This document shows, one piece after another, positions 33,503-46,900 of a stretch of DNA of 64,000 bases. The notes beneath the pieces are model-generated. The model saw only the letters and a list, made by a program, of their open reading frames with translations, did not search any database and had not been told where the DNA came from. A program made the position numbers and the translations under genes. Within the stretch, counting starts at the first letter, position 1; every line of letters starts with the position of its first letter. The stretch is from Asterias rubens (taxonomy: Eukaryota), in NCBI RefSeq assembly GCF_902459465.1, contig NC_047080.1, positions 9,424,001 through 9,488,000 on the forward strand. Reading direction: 5' to 3'.

Positions 33503-33687
33503 ACTCATAATTCTATTTCTGTACAACAAGTGTGTTTTTGTTTTCTTTAATTATTTTCTTGCAACTTTTAAGAGCCTAAGGTTTGTTATGTTATGCATAA
33601 ACCTTACTATTTTTTGTATTGCCAAAAAAGTCAAGTATACCCTACCTTTTTTATAATAAACAAAGGCATTTAGTATGGTGGCTTTAA

Positions 33688-34871
33688 AGGGACATCGCAA
33701 ATATATATTGACGCCAATATTCGTGACTTTTACCCCAAGTTGCAAATATTGACGCCAATATTGACGCCAATATTCGCGACTTGGCCCAAAGTTGCAAATA
33801 TTGATGCCAATATTGACGCCAATATTCACGACATGGGCTACACGTCGCAAATATTTACGCCAATATTGACGCCAATATTCACGACATGGGCCCTATGTCG
33901 CAAATATTGACGCCAATATTGACGCCAATATTTACGACATAGCCTCAAGTTGCAAATATTTTTGCCAATATTGACGCCAATATTCACGACATGACCTAAG
34001 TCGCGAATATTGACACCAATATTGACGCCAATATTCACGACTTGGCCCAAAGTCGCGAATATTGACGCCAATATTGGCGCCAATATTTACGACATTGCCT
34101 CCAAGTCGCAAATATTTACGCCAATATTCACGACATGGGCCCCAAGTCGCAAACCCGCTCAGGCGTGAATATTCATTGTTTTTTTAGCAACCTAGGTAGC
34201 TGGGTGGGCAAGAAAATAGTCTGGCGCACTGGTCCCGATCTCGCTCGCGCGCTCTGACTCCCCAAATTGCTTGACGCCTGAGTGGGTTTGCGACTTGGGC
34301 TATGTCGTGAATATTGGCGTCAATATTGGCGTAAATATTTGCGACGTGTAGCCCATGTCGTGAATTTTGGCGTTAATATTGGCGTCAATATTTGCGACAT
34401 AGGGCCCATGTCGTGAATATTGCCGTCAATATTGGCGTCAATATTTGCGACATAGGGCCCATGTCGTGAATATTGGCGTCAATATTTGCGACATTTGACC
34501 CATGTTGTGAATTTTGGCGTTAATATTGGCGTCAATATTTGCGACATAGGGCCCATGTCGTGAATATTGCCGTCAATATTGGCGTCAATATTTGCGACAT
34601 TTGACCCATGTTGTGAATATTGGCGTCAATATTGGCGTCAATATTTGCGACATAGGGCCCATGTCGTGAATATTGGCGTCAATATTGGCGTCAATATTTG
34701 CGACTTTGGGCCAAGTCGTGAATATTGGCGTGAATATTGGCGTCAATATTTGCAACTTTGGGCCAAGTCGTGAATATTGGCGTCAATATTGGCGTCAATA
34801 TTTGCAACTTGGGGTAAAAGTCGCAAATATTGGCGTCAATATTGGCGTCAATATATATTTGCGATGCCCCT
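33688..34871. mobile_element. 1184-bp foldback-type element with TTAA TSD (Kolobok-like)
   Basis: TTAA|AGGGACATCGCAAATATATATTGACGCCAATATT ... AATATTGGCGTCAATATATATTTGCGATGCCCCT|TTAA; both arms are arrays of ~45-bp units in inverted orientation. Confidence 0.88.
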
Positions 34872-35858
34872 TTAAAGACACCATAATTTAGCCTTCTGCC
34901 ATAATTCATATAAATGTAAATTCCCCATGTAAAGCAAATTAACAGTTTTGCCGTGACCATGAATACACAAATCTACCTTCACAATGCCGCACTCAATAAA
35001 TCACAACACATATCCACTGCCCTTTAAATTGCACTGCACTGCGGCGCTGCAGTAAGCCCCAATAGACCTACCGCTACACAGCACCAATTTCTCATTAATT
35101 ATGCATCAAAACACGAGTCGAAATTGTGTTAAATTTACCCTAGACAAAGTACCTCAGTTATTAATAATGAACTTGCAAACTCACCTAGAGATTAATTCTT
35201 GCTACATAATAGCTTAAACGCGCAACTTCTTTGAAGAAATATTGAGAATTTAGACAGATATTTTGTGATCTCATCTGTCTTGGACGGCAGCCATTTAACA
35301 CTTTCTTCTCGCATCTTCTATCGCTTTCTTTACATCGCTGGTGCACACGCGCGCCTTGTGCAACGCATTTGTGGGTCATTAGAGGATTGGTTACCATCTT
35401 GACATTGGGAATCACGTCTTCATGACCATCAAGGGAGATAGATTGATTGATTGGATGGTGGGGGGGGGGGGGGGAGCTAAGGGGAGGTTGTACTGCTATT
35501 AGGGGGGGGGGGGGGGGGGTTAGGGGTGTTGTTGCTCCAGATGTATCAACACAACTAAGGGAATACAATGACAGAGGTGTACTATAGATGAATTGGGGGG
35601 GGGGGGGGAGGGTAAGCGGGAGATTGTACTTTGATTCGGGGGGGGGGGGGGGCTTGCTCCAGATGTGTCAGAATGTGTGCACTATACTCTATTTATGGAT
35701 GAATGAAGCCTTCCATGTACATGTATGTACAGTGGCTTGCATACTTTTTTAGTTGCGATAACGTAACCCCCTCCTCCCGACGGCCGCCAGGAGGAGCTAT
35801 CGCAACTAATACTTTTTATGCTGTGATGACTTGTGAATAAACCTTTTATCTATCATCA

Positions 35859-35859
<1 letters not shown>

Positions 35860-35900
<41 letters not shown>
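35860..35900. repeat. (CTAT)n microsatellite
   Basis: About 10 perfect CTAT units. Confidence 0.95.
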
Positions 35901-38900
35901 AATATATATCTAAATGAAATGAAATGAATTCGTATATATCTACATACCCTCTATAATTACGTCGTACGGACGTGAAACCATTAAAGGGGCGTATCCTCTT
36001 GAAGTCACTGACAGAAGACCACGCCCATACATCTTCCTTCTCCCCCAGAGAGATAGCCTGGCTCGGTGGGGGTACCTCATTAGATAAATAACTTCAATGT
36101 GAAATCAGTGGGGAATGAGCAATAACAAAATGGATAGAACAACCTCTGACGTAAACTGAAATAAAAATGTCAAGGGTTAGGGACAGTTCAACACTTACAA
36201 TCTACGCAACAAAGATTTACACTTGACATTCTTATCCAATGATTGGGTATTATGAACTCATATTTCGGTGGTCTACAAATTTGAAGAAACAAATCAGTTT
36301 TTTTTCTTTTTCTAATGAACATTGTTCCAAATGAAAACGTGTTTTGTAATTGGTAAAAATATGTGTAAAGTCTTAGAAATACCTATACAAAAAGCTTATT
36401 TCCTAAGTAGGCCTAATGCAAATTATTTTGTTCTGGAAAACAAAACAAAAAACAATCCAACAAATCGTTCGCACAAATTTATTTGAATGTATTTTCATTT
36501 TCATTTTTCTATTTTCTCCATAAATTATTTCCTCGATGTTTGGAAGGAATGCTCTTTATTTACTTCTCAACATAGAACCGTCTGTTTACTACAATAATTA
36601 TTACCAACCAATCCAAATACGACAAGGAAACACAACAGAGAAAAACATGTGAGATTTCCTGCATTGATTTATATTATTTATTGTCCCCCTTCTTAAAACT
36701 TCTCTTTATCAATATTGCATACACTGACATCTACACTTCACTAAAAAATATATGGACAACAAAAAGTTGGCATCATTCCTAACATAAAAGAGCGACTTAA
36801 ATGTTGTTTTTTGAAAGCTTTTCTTAGGTTTTTAGGACAAAGGGTAACATTAAAAAAAAAAAATTGCGCTTTATGTTTTGAAAAAAAAATGATATTGGTT
36901 GTTGCCTACCAAACGGACATGTGGTATAAACGCAAAATGTATTTAATTGCCAGACATTTCAACCCTAGCCGAGTCTTTCTCAAAGGCTAAAATGACAAGA
37001 AAACCTTTGAGAAAGATTCTGCTAGGGTAAAAATGGATTTCTCAAAGAATTAAGACTAGTCTTATCTCGAGTTAGAACGAGTTACTGGTCCTAACTTAGG
37101 ACTAGCTTTAATATCTCCTAGTACTAAGTTAGGACTTTCCCTAACTCTTTGTGAAATCGACCCCAAAAGCTATTCATCCATTTCATGAAGAAAATAACTA
37201 CATGTATCAACAAACATGGTGCTTTTTCTTAAAACTTATACCGGGAAAAAAAGTTTAAGAGTTTTTCTACATACAATCCCAGGTACATTTCTTGAATGTG
37301 ATGAACAATTTTAAATGGCTTTGTAAATTGCTTTGTTTATGAAGTTAATATGGTCATAAGTTGTATAAGTAGTTTTCGACCTGGCACAACAATAAGCAAA
37401 AATATAAGGAACTGGGGGAGGACAGTTGTCTTAAATACAAACTTAGAATGTGAATGTAATATAAACCAGAGTACATTATACAACAAAAATTAAACATCAT
37501 TAAACTGTTAAATATTTTTGTCAAAACACAGAATTATTTACCGAGCAGAATTTGTAGTTCCTTTTTCACAAATAATCTTGAAAATATATTCAGTTGGGTT
37601 AATATGTTTTATTAGTCTTTTTGATAAACCATAGAAAAAATATTATGTGGTCCTTACCTAACTACGAAATTAAGACATTTCTTGATTTTCATTACTTAGT
37701 AGGAAAATCAGAAGTACTGATTTACTTAACCTAGATTGTAGTCCCAAATAAGTTCCCTTGGCAACAATCACCGATCTTGTTTTCACTAGGAAAAAGTACT
37801 TCTGCCCCAAATAACTTTACCAGAGTTGTTCTCTTTATTTCTACTTTATTTGTGAGTCCAGCCACTACAAAAAGAAACACTTCCAAGATTGACAAACTTA
37901 GGGCCAATTTCATAAAGCCGTTAAGCAGTAAATTCTGCTTAGCAATATCATTTGTTAAGCAAGAAATGAATGTGGTACCAGTCGCCAATGGTAAATGTAA
38001 GGTATTTTGGTTGGTAACCATTTTTTGCTGAGCAAGAGTTTTCTGTGCTTAGATGGTAACCTACTTTTGCTAAGCAAGAGTTTTCTGTGCTTAGTAACTT
38101 TATGAAATTGGGCTCAGATTGTATGTTGTACTGTAAGTGTGACCAATAATTCTACACTAAAAAAGGGATCGGTGGACTTAAAATTGAAATATATAATAAA
38201 TTACAAAATTCACCAAGAATAACTTTACACTTCACAAAAATACATGAGGCTCTTATTATATATACAGGCATCCACAGGGATTAAAAACTAAAAGCATTCT
38301 AGAGGAGTTAAATTATTCACTAAGATCCGTACACTTTGGTATTGAAGAAATAGTGGACAGCAATGGGGGACCTTTTGGACGCTTAGTGGCAGCAGACTTT
38401 ACCAGGTGAATCCATTGTTCTTGGTAATGTGCGCATGCTCAAAACTGCACAATCAATTGCTTAGCAAATTTCTTTGGCTGGCAAACTATTTTTGCTGAGC
38501 AAAGACTTTTGGTGCTTACAGGCTTTGTGAAATCGGGCTCAGGTAAGTCTACTCACTCTGCCATCCAGTGTCAAAAGTCTCCAATTGCAGCATTTTATTC
38601 TGACTTCTCGCTTTGTAACTGGGTTTGATCAAACGCCATTCGCTACAAGGTGAGAAAACCATGGAAAATTTCTTATTCTCCCCACTTCAAGATCCAGATT
38701 TAAGCTGTTTTTGTTTGTTTCTCTTCCAATAGACAGGTTCAGAAATCACAATAAAGCCCTAACAATCACTTGGGTGAACATAAGAGTTGCTACTTACTAC
38801 ACCATCAACTTGTTTTAGAACCACCACAAATCAAAACAATATTTCTTTGGTTACCCTAATAAACCAAACATATACATGTACTACAAAAACAAGTGCTTTC

Positions 38901-39514
38901 AGTTTTTTTGAATAAATATTCTAATCATCTCCGACGAGTGATCTCACAAAAAATTAATAATGCAATAAATGGTTGAACATACGATATATTGCCAAGGCCG
39001 TTGTACAAAATGACTTTATGTAAAGTAAGCAAGCAAGGTAATTAAGACAGGCCATTTGTTGTTCGAAAACAATGCAAGCATTTACAAGTGTATCCATTCA
39101 TCTATTTATCAACAGAATTGGTAATGAGATTAAAGTCAGTGGACACTATTGGTAATTACTCAAAATAATTATTAGCATAAAACCTTTCTTGGTGTCGAGT
39201 AATGGTATAAAACATTGTGAGAAACGGCTCCCGCTGAAGTGCCATAGTTTTTGAGAAAGAAGTAATTTTCCAGGAATTTGATTTCGAGAGCTCAGATTTG
39301 GAACTTGAGGTCTCGAAACGCACACAACTTCGTGTGACAAGGGTGTTTTTTCTTTCATTATTATCTCGTAAGTTCGATGACTGATTGAGCACAAATTTTC
39401 ACAGGTTTGTTATTTTATGCATAAGTTGAGATACACCAACTGTGAAGGCTCATCTTTGACAATTACCAATAGTGTCCACTGCCTTTTCAGAAAGATCACC
39501 ATACAGGAAGTTAA

Positions 39515-39985
39515 GATTTCAAATACAGAATCGCCTTTGATTCCCTGGCTGCCACTTCAAAGATTGTATCGTATACTCAGTTGTGATCCCTGGCTACATG
39601 GCAGTTAATTAACAGGTATGTGGCTTCTGACTGTCACCCATGAACAAAGATATTGACAAAGCAGGGAGACCGCCAATATAGGGCTAGATAGCTCAGTTGG
39701 TAGAGCACATCATCCAGAGGTTGTGGTTTCCAATCCCACTCTGGGATTGCAAGGGTCGTTGGTTCGAATCCCACCCGAGTAACATGTCTGTGATATTTTT
39801 TCACAGGACTCGGGAAGTACCGAGTATACAGTGCTAACACACATCGATGTATGGGTAAAAACAATCAATACTCGTTATCCCCGATACAAATTTAACATCT
39901 CCTATAATCCCATTCTAGTCAATTTGTCTTTGTTCACCCAACTCGTATATCCAGTCAGTTTCCCTTGTTGTTTATAAATTGATAT
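39515..39985 (+). mobile_element. Family A tRNA-containing repeat interrupted by a 5'-truncated family B copy (39743-39905)
   Basis: Family A sequence (TAGATAGCTCAGTTGGTAGAGC ... CTAGTCAATT..TTTGTTC) resumes after the insert; target duplication AATCCCACTCT (39732-39742) / AATCCCATTCT (39906-39916). Confidence 0.75.
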
Positions 39986-40974
39986 TAAATAAATCACAAC
40001 TACAGAAATACATATTTTACCCTGTCAAACTCAAAAGACATCATTCTGCCCCGATGCTTAATTCTTAAATGGTTTGATATTTTGTGCTTTGTCGGCTTTT
40101 GAGAGACACGAAGGGCCGGCAGAAGCTGATCAGGGCCCAATTTCTTAGAGCTGCTTCAGCACAAAAAGCAGCTAAGTGCAACAAAATGATAGTGAGAAGG
40201 TATTGAATGTTCAGGCTTTGAATTTCGTTTCTGATGGGGCACATCAATTTTCCTCTAGTAAGGGGCACTTCTATGAGGAAAATTTTAACTTGTATTTAAA
40301 CTTTCCAAAGGGCACCACAGCAAAACACACAGGGCACCACTGCAATTGCTGTGGGTGCCGTGAGTTATTTTGAGGCCTGATAGTACATGATGTTCCACGC
40401 TTGATTTAGTTTCACCAATGCCAGAAACCATGTCACGCAATGCCTGTAATGGTGTTTATCAATGAAATTTTCATCAATATTATAATTGGTCAGACTTGAG
40501 ATATTACCAAACGTGTTCAGAAGAAAACTAAGTGAATACCAAAACAATATGGATGCATTGCTTTGCAAAAATGTAGCTTCAAGTTTGTTTTGGGACATTG
40601 TAGAAAAACCTGGTACAAAAACCTATATGCAATAGTATGACAAGGCCAATGATGTTAGATCTCTTCCTATTGGTGAAGCCCAGCTTATGGGAGACTTTTG
40701 AGACGCTGGTGGCAGTAGACATAACGATCCTTTTTTGCGGCTCTGAACATGCTGCACATGCTCGGTATTGCGCACATAGATCTGAGCACGCGCATTCCAA
40801 AAGTCTCTCATTGGTTAATCCACATTGTTTAAAGGTCAGCCGTGGTGAGTAACAACAAAAGAAGGAGATTGTTTGTGAGTAAAACCTCAGCAGATTGCGT
40901 GGTGCGTTGTCATAGTGACTAAGTTAGCGATGACATCATCGCTAGGGAGTTCTTATTGACTATGAGGTTCTGCT

Positions 40975-43900
40975 TCATATCGGTAGAAAGAACAGGATAA
41001 GTACTATGATCATGATGACGATTAAGACCAAGATGGCGATCCATTGTCTTCGATCTATCAAAAAAAAAAAAAAAAAAAAAGTAATCAATCTTGGAAGATG
41101 TTTTCTTATTGAAATTTGATGTAAAACTCTACAAAACTGTATGGCTTGTAGCTCAATGTTTACCAGTCTAGAATTTATATCCTGAGACCAGAGTCTAAAT
41201 GAGAAATAACTTCCTACAAAGCTGACCATATAAACTGTTGTTACTTGAACAAGCACTAGAGAAAGTTTCTTTATACATTTGATACTCAACAGAATTAAAG
41301 ACAATGGACACTATTGCTAATTGTCAAAGACCAGTATTATCTCAACAGTGTATCTCTTACCAGTGTATCTCAACATATGCATAAAATAACAAGCCTGTGA
41401 AAATTTGAGCTCAATTGGTCATCGAAGTTGCGAGATAACAATGAAAGAAAAAACACCCTGGATTAGGGCCACTGATTTTCCGCGATCGCGGAAAACGGAC
41501 GGAATTCGCGGAATCCGCCCTTTGAAACGGAAAACGGGATTTCAGAAAAAAATTTTTTTTTTTTTTTTCTTGACGCCAAAACTATTGAAATTGCATTTTT
41601 TATTAAGATTCTTTTTGTTAAACTAAAAAGGCATCAGAAATCAGACCATTAAAAAGTACGAGATCGTAACCGTGGATCATTCTGTTCTACTTCACACCAT
41701 CCTCAATGTTTACACACATGATGTACACACGTTGTTAACATGGTTAAGCGAAGGGCATTATTCGCGGCACGTTTTAAACATTTTTTGTTCACCCAAATTG
41801 CATTTTCTCCCTCTCTTTTACCAACAATAATACACAAACTAGCTTACCTATGATCTATAAGAACACATACAATGTTTTTTCATCTCGGAAAGGTCTAAAA
41901 TAAAACCGTAAACTGTCAACATTCTGTCGCCAAAGCGAAAACAAAATGGCTGACATTTTGTTTGTGGATGGAGAATGGTCACGTCCATAGACTTGTTCCC
42001 AAGTCTTTGATCATGCTGAAACAGCGCCCTCTTGTGGATACACTCCTGTCATTAGCCTACAATGTGGCTAATGCAGAGAATCAACTGCAGTTTTAGACTT
42101 GGAATCAAGTCTATCACATCATGTGCATTGATACTGCAGTCACAGTGCAACCTTTTTAGAACAGCAGTATACAAAATAATCCACAATTATAAAAAAAAGT
42201 ATTTTTTTGAAATTTGTCAGTTCAAATGAACATTTTACGAAGTCAACAGTGCAACTTATCTCAAATTGATTTTTATAAGTGTGTCCCTGGGTATTAAACA
42301 ACCTTTTATCTAATTAAAAAAACATGGAACGGAATTTTTTGTGCCTGAAACGGAATTCATGTTTTTGCCAAACGGAATTTGCACTTTTCTGAAACGGAAA
42401 ATCAGTGGCCCTACTGGATACACGAAGTTGTGTGCTTTCAGATGCTTGATTTCGAGACCTCAAATTCTAAATCTGAGGTCTCGAAATCAAATTCGTGAAA
42501 AATTACTTCTTTCTCGAAAACTACGTCGCTTCAGAGGGAGCCATTTTTCACAATGTTTTATACTATCAACCTCTCCCCATTACTCATTACCAAGTAAGGT
42601 TTTATGCTAATAACTATTTTGAGTAATTACCAATAGTGTCCACTGCCTTTAAACATTACACTTTGTCTTCTGGGTTTAAACTAAGTTGACAAGAACTTCA
42701 AACAGACCAGAATCCAATTTCATGGCTGTGCTTACCGTAAGAAAAGATTCAGCGCCGACAGAATAAGGGAGTTCCACGCTTACGTCAACGTGTTTCTCAG
42801 ATTAACTAGGCATTCTTCGCTTACAAAGAAATTTGGTGATTGCACAGTTAAGCGGAGAATGGTGATTGTAAGTGATTTCGGCAGTAAGCAGGGCCATGAA
42901 AATGGGCCCTGTCGACATGTATTCTAAAAGTAACTAATAGATACTGACCACTGGACATGTGTGTTACTTTGGCCATCTTCTTCATAACTGCGTCTAGTTT
43001 GGTTTCTGTATTCTCCATTTCAGTGTGGAAGTCATCTAACATACTGGCAGAAAGAAAACAAACAAATATTTTTCAAATGACAGGTAGTTTCCTTGACAAG
43101 TTTAGAAAAAAAGTCAGATTGTTATTTAACATTAATAATAATATTAATACAGCATTTGTAAGGCACATTTTCCTGTAAGCAATTCAAAAGTGCTGGTCTA
43201 GTAGAAGTTAGAGGAACCTTATAGAATTGGTTTTGGTAGCAAAACAGTTGCTGGCAGTCTAAGCACTTGATGTAATCCACCATTACATAAACTGACAAAC
43301 CTGTAGAAATTTGAGATCGATTGGCCATCTGGGTCACGAAAAGTGAAAACGGATTACAAATTTTGCATTGCATCGATACCAAAACAAAAATGAATAAAAC
43401 CCTCACTGAGCAATAACTTCAAAACAAGAAATTAGATTATTTATTTCTCATCTAATATAAAATTTCAGACAGAATTATTTCAAGGGATGTTTTCTACCAT
43501 CACCATCATTAGACCCTGTAAGTTTTATGTAAATCTGTGATCTTCACGGTTTTTGTTTCTTACCAATTCTGTAACGTTCCTTTTAAGAGTAAAAGTATTG
43601 TCAAATTGTTGGGAAAGCAAGCATGAACAAGTGTGTTTTAAGTTTCTGCTGGAAGAGAGTGATGTTGTGCATTTGTCTGAGGTCTTCGTGAAGTGAATTC
43701 CAGAGACTTTGTGCTATGTTGGAAAAGACCCTATCCTCGTCACTGGCCAAGCAAGTTCGAGGAACATGATAGATCTCAGGCCTGGTCTAGATTATTTGAT
43801 TTATTCCATCTTCTTTAACCATAGTAGCCCCATCAGTTATCAAAGAACTGTTCCCCCTGGAGGCCCAGGGGTGGATATCACAAAGAGTTAAGACTAGTCT

Positions 43901-46900
43901 TATCTCTAGTTAGCACGAGTTAAGGCTGAGTCACACTGCAGCGATAGGGCCTAACGAAATGGAGAATCAGATTAGAATGCGTTCTTTTTGCGTCGTGATT
44001 GTTATCATTTTCGTTGTCGCTGCAGTGTGACTCTGCCTTTACTCCTAACTTAGGTCTTAAGTTTTTTAATAATATCTCTTAGGACTAGTCCTAAGTTAGG
44101 TCTAGCCCTAACTCTTTGTGAAATTGGCCCCTGGGGTCACATTGAAAAAGTACACAATTACTAAGCCTGCAGCTGGTTTCACGAAACGCTAGGATTAATC
44201 CTAACTCGAGTTAGGACGAGTAAACGGTCCTAACTTAAGATGGGTTCAATGCGTCCTACGTATTTGGATACGGAACTGAACCCGCCCTAAGTCCTAAGAT
44301 TAATCCTAAGTTAGGAAGAGTTTGGTGAAATCGACGGCTGGGCGACTAGTGGAGATTAATACTCGGTTAGCTGCGCCCCAATTGTTCACGACTTGACATA
44401 CATGTAGCAATCAATAGTCGCGACTTTGACACTAGTCACCCATGCTTAAGCAATAGTACAATAGGTCTAAAATTAAAATAAAAAGCACCGAGCTCAAAAA
44501 GGACACAAAATCTTTACAAAAAATTAAATTCAAAATAAATATTTACTTACACTGCTTGTTCATCCAGTTCGTTTCCTATTGTCTGTCCCATGTGTTTTAA
44601 CACACCAACGCTATCGGCTACTCTAACGATATTATCATCCTGGGCTTCAATTAACATCTGCATGAGAAACAACCAACCAGTCAAAGATATTTAATGAATG
44701 TTAGTTTTGCATCAGGGATAAAGAATGTAACAGGGTGTTTTAAAATGTTGTCAAAACTCTTAATCATTTTTTGAACTTAGATAAAAAATTATAAAAAATT
44801 AAATGAAAAACCATTGTTTACCTGTTGCTGTTGCCGTGATTCGTCAATATAATTCTGATTATTCTCTTCTATTTCATTGTCGAGTTTGCTGTACTTTCCT
44901 TGCGATTTACTTGGGCCATTATTCATCAATGCCTTTTGAGAAAAAAAAAATACACATAGAAAATGTTATACGCAAAACCTTGCTGAAAACATGCTAAAAA
45001 CTTGATATCGCAAATACAAAGAATGAATGGGAAATTCTTAACAGGGCCAAATTCATGGCTCTGCTTACGCTCAGGTTGGCAGGGAATATTTGTTGTGTGC
45101 GTGCATAGTCCACAATACTAGGTATTCTTCGCTTGATACACAGCTAGCACAGAAATTCGGCACTTGTCATGTAAGCAGAGTATGGTGATCAGAAGCGCAG
45201 CACTCGGCGGTAAGCAGAGCCATGAAATTGGAAAGTTAGGACTATCACAGTGGGTTCTTATGATACCAAGTCGAGAAAAAAAAAAGCTGCCCTCGATTGT
45301 GATGAAGCGCTAAATATATACCTCAATCTTTCGGCCTATAAGCCGCGCTGTGTATAAGACACAGAAGACTTTCTGGGTGGCAAAATTAAGGTATAAGACG
45401 TGGTTTATACACAAAAGATTACGGCATAAAAACGGGTTACTATTTTATAATTTATTATCAATATAAACCACAAGGGTAACTGACTGGGTAAATTATGATT
45501 TTTGGGGGTTGAACAAAGAATTGACAAGAGTGGGATTCGAACCAACGACTCCCTGATTAACGTGCTGGCGCTCTATTAACTGAGCTATCTACCCCTTAAT
45601 TGGCAGTGTCCCTATTTTGTCAATATCTTTGTTCGGGGGTGCCAGTCAGAAGCCATACAAACGTTAACTGCTGTGTAGCCGGGGATCACACCCAAATTAC
45701 AATACAACCTGGGAAGCGGCAGCCAGGGGATCACCTTAAGGGGATGCAACTTTTTGTTACAGATATCAATATAAACCACATAATTTATTTTAACGTTACC
45801 TGCCGACTCCTCTTCTCTTCTCTTGTTCTGGTACTTGGACTGGCCATGTGGTCTTTCATTTCTTGCATTTTCCTTTTGGTGTCAGTGACGAACTGTCGTC
45901 TTATCTCTAACTCACTTCCTTCTAGCTTAAACTTCCTTGGATTTGCTTCAACAATACGTAAAGGGTTGATAGTTAAGGAATAAGTAATTCTGTAACTTAC
46001 TTACTGACATAAAAGGAAGATTTGATATAACTTTACCCGGTTTGTCAAGTTAGCTCAGTTTTAAGAAAAGTTGGGGTTCGAATCTGGTCATGACACTTGC
46101 GCCCTTGAAAAGGGCACTTTACCATAATTGCTTCATAAAAAATTGGGAAGATATAACATAAGTTTACCAGGTTTCAGAGTAGCTCAGTTTTAAGAAAAAT
46201 ATGAAATATAGTGGCGTGCCTAGTTCACCGAACCCAAGCTCTGGTTTTGTCAGCAGTAGAGTGTGGGTTCGGTACCTGGTCATGACACTTGTGCCCCTTA
46301 AGCAAGGCATTAACCATATAATTGCTTCGTAAAAAGTTGGAAAGGTAGTGCATTCTTCTATCAGCCAGGCTCCTAGTGGATGATACCCATGCCTACATCC
46401 TTACGGACTGTGAAGGGGGTTTCAGCCCCAAGAGTAGGTGGCAACGTGCCCCTGGTGACAGTTGATTTGGGTTGATAACCACAATCGGTTAAAAATGATA
46501 ATAATAATATTGAAGTCTTATAGCGCACGTAGTCCAGCCCTCACCTTGCAGTGGCCATCCGGACTAGTGATTGGCAGTCTCTCATAAATACAAAAAGAAA
46601 GGAATTGAACTGCCTCTAGTCACCCTGCTAGCTCGGTGGTCCAGTGATAAGATATCTGCTTTAGCAAAGCAAAGGCCATGGGTATAAATCCCATCCTAGT
46701 GATTTGCCTGTGAGTTTTTTGCAGCACTTGGGAAAGTACGCCTACTGAGTATACAGTGCTTCATACACATCTGTGTAACTGTAAAGGCCGGTTTGTAGTC
46801 GGTCGCACGATCATAACAACACACAGTTTATAGGCCTCAGCAATGACTATCAAATGATTTTTTTTAGGATTGCGCATCAGGGTTTCCATTGTGCGACCTT

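Noticed and set aside
33551-34960. ORFs with VNIGVNI / YWRQYWRQY repeats
   Set aside because: Translations of the foldback arrays.
35185-35568. 127-aa minus-strand ORF with polyproline
   Set aside because: Prolines come from G/C homopolymer runs; no homology recognised; more likely UTR or promoter sequence.
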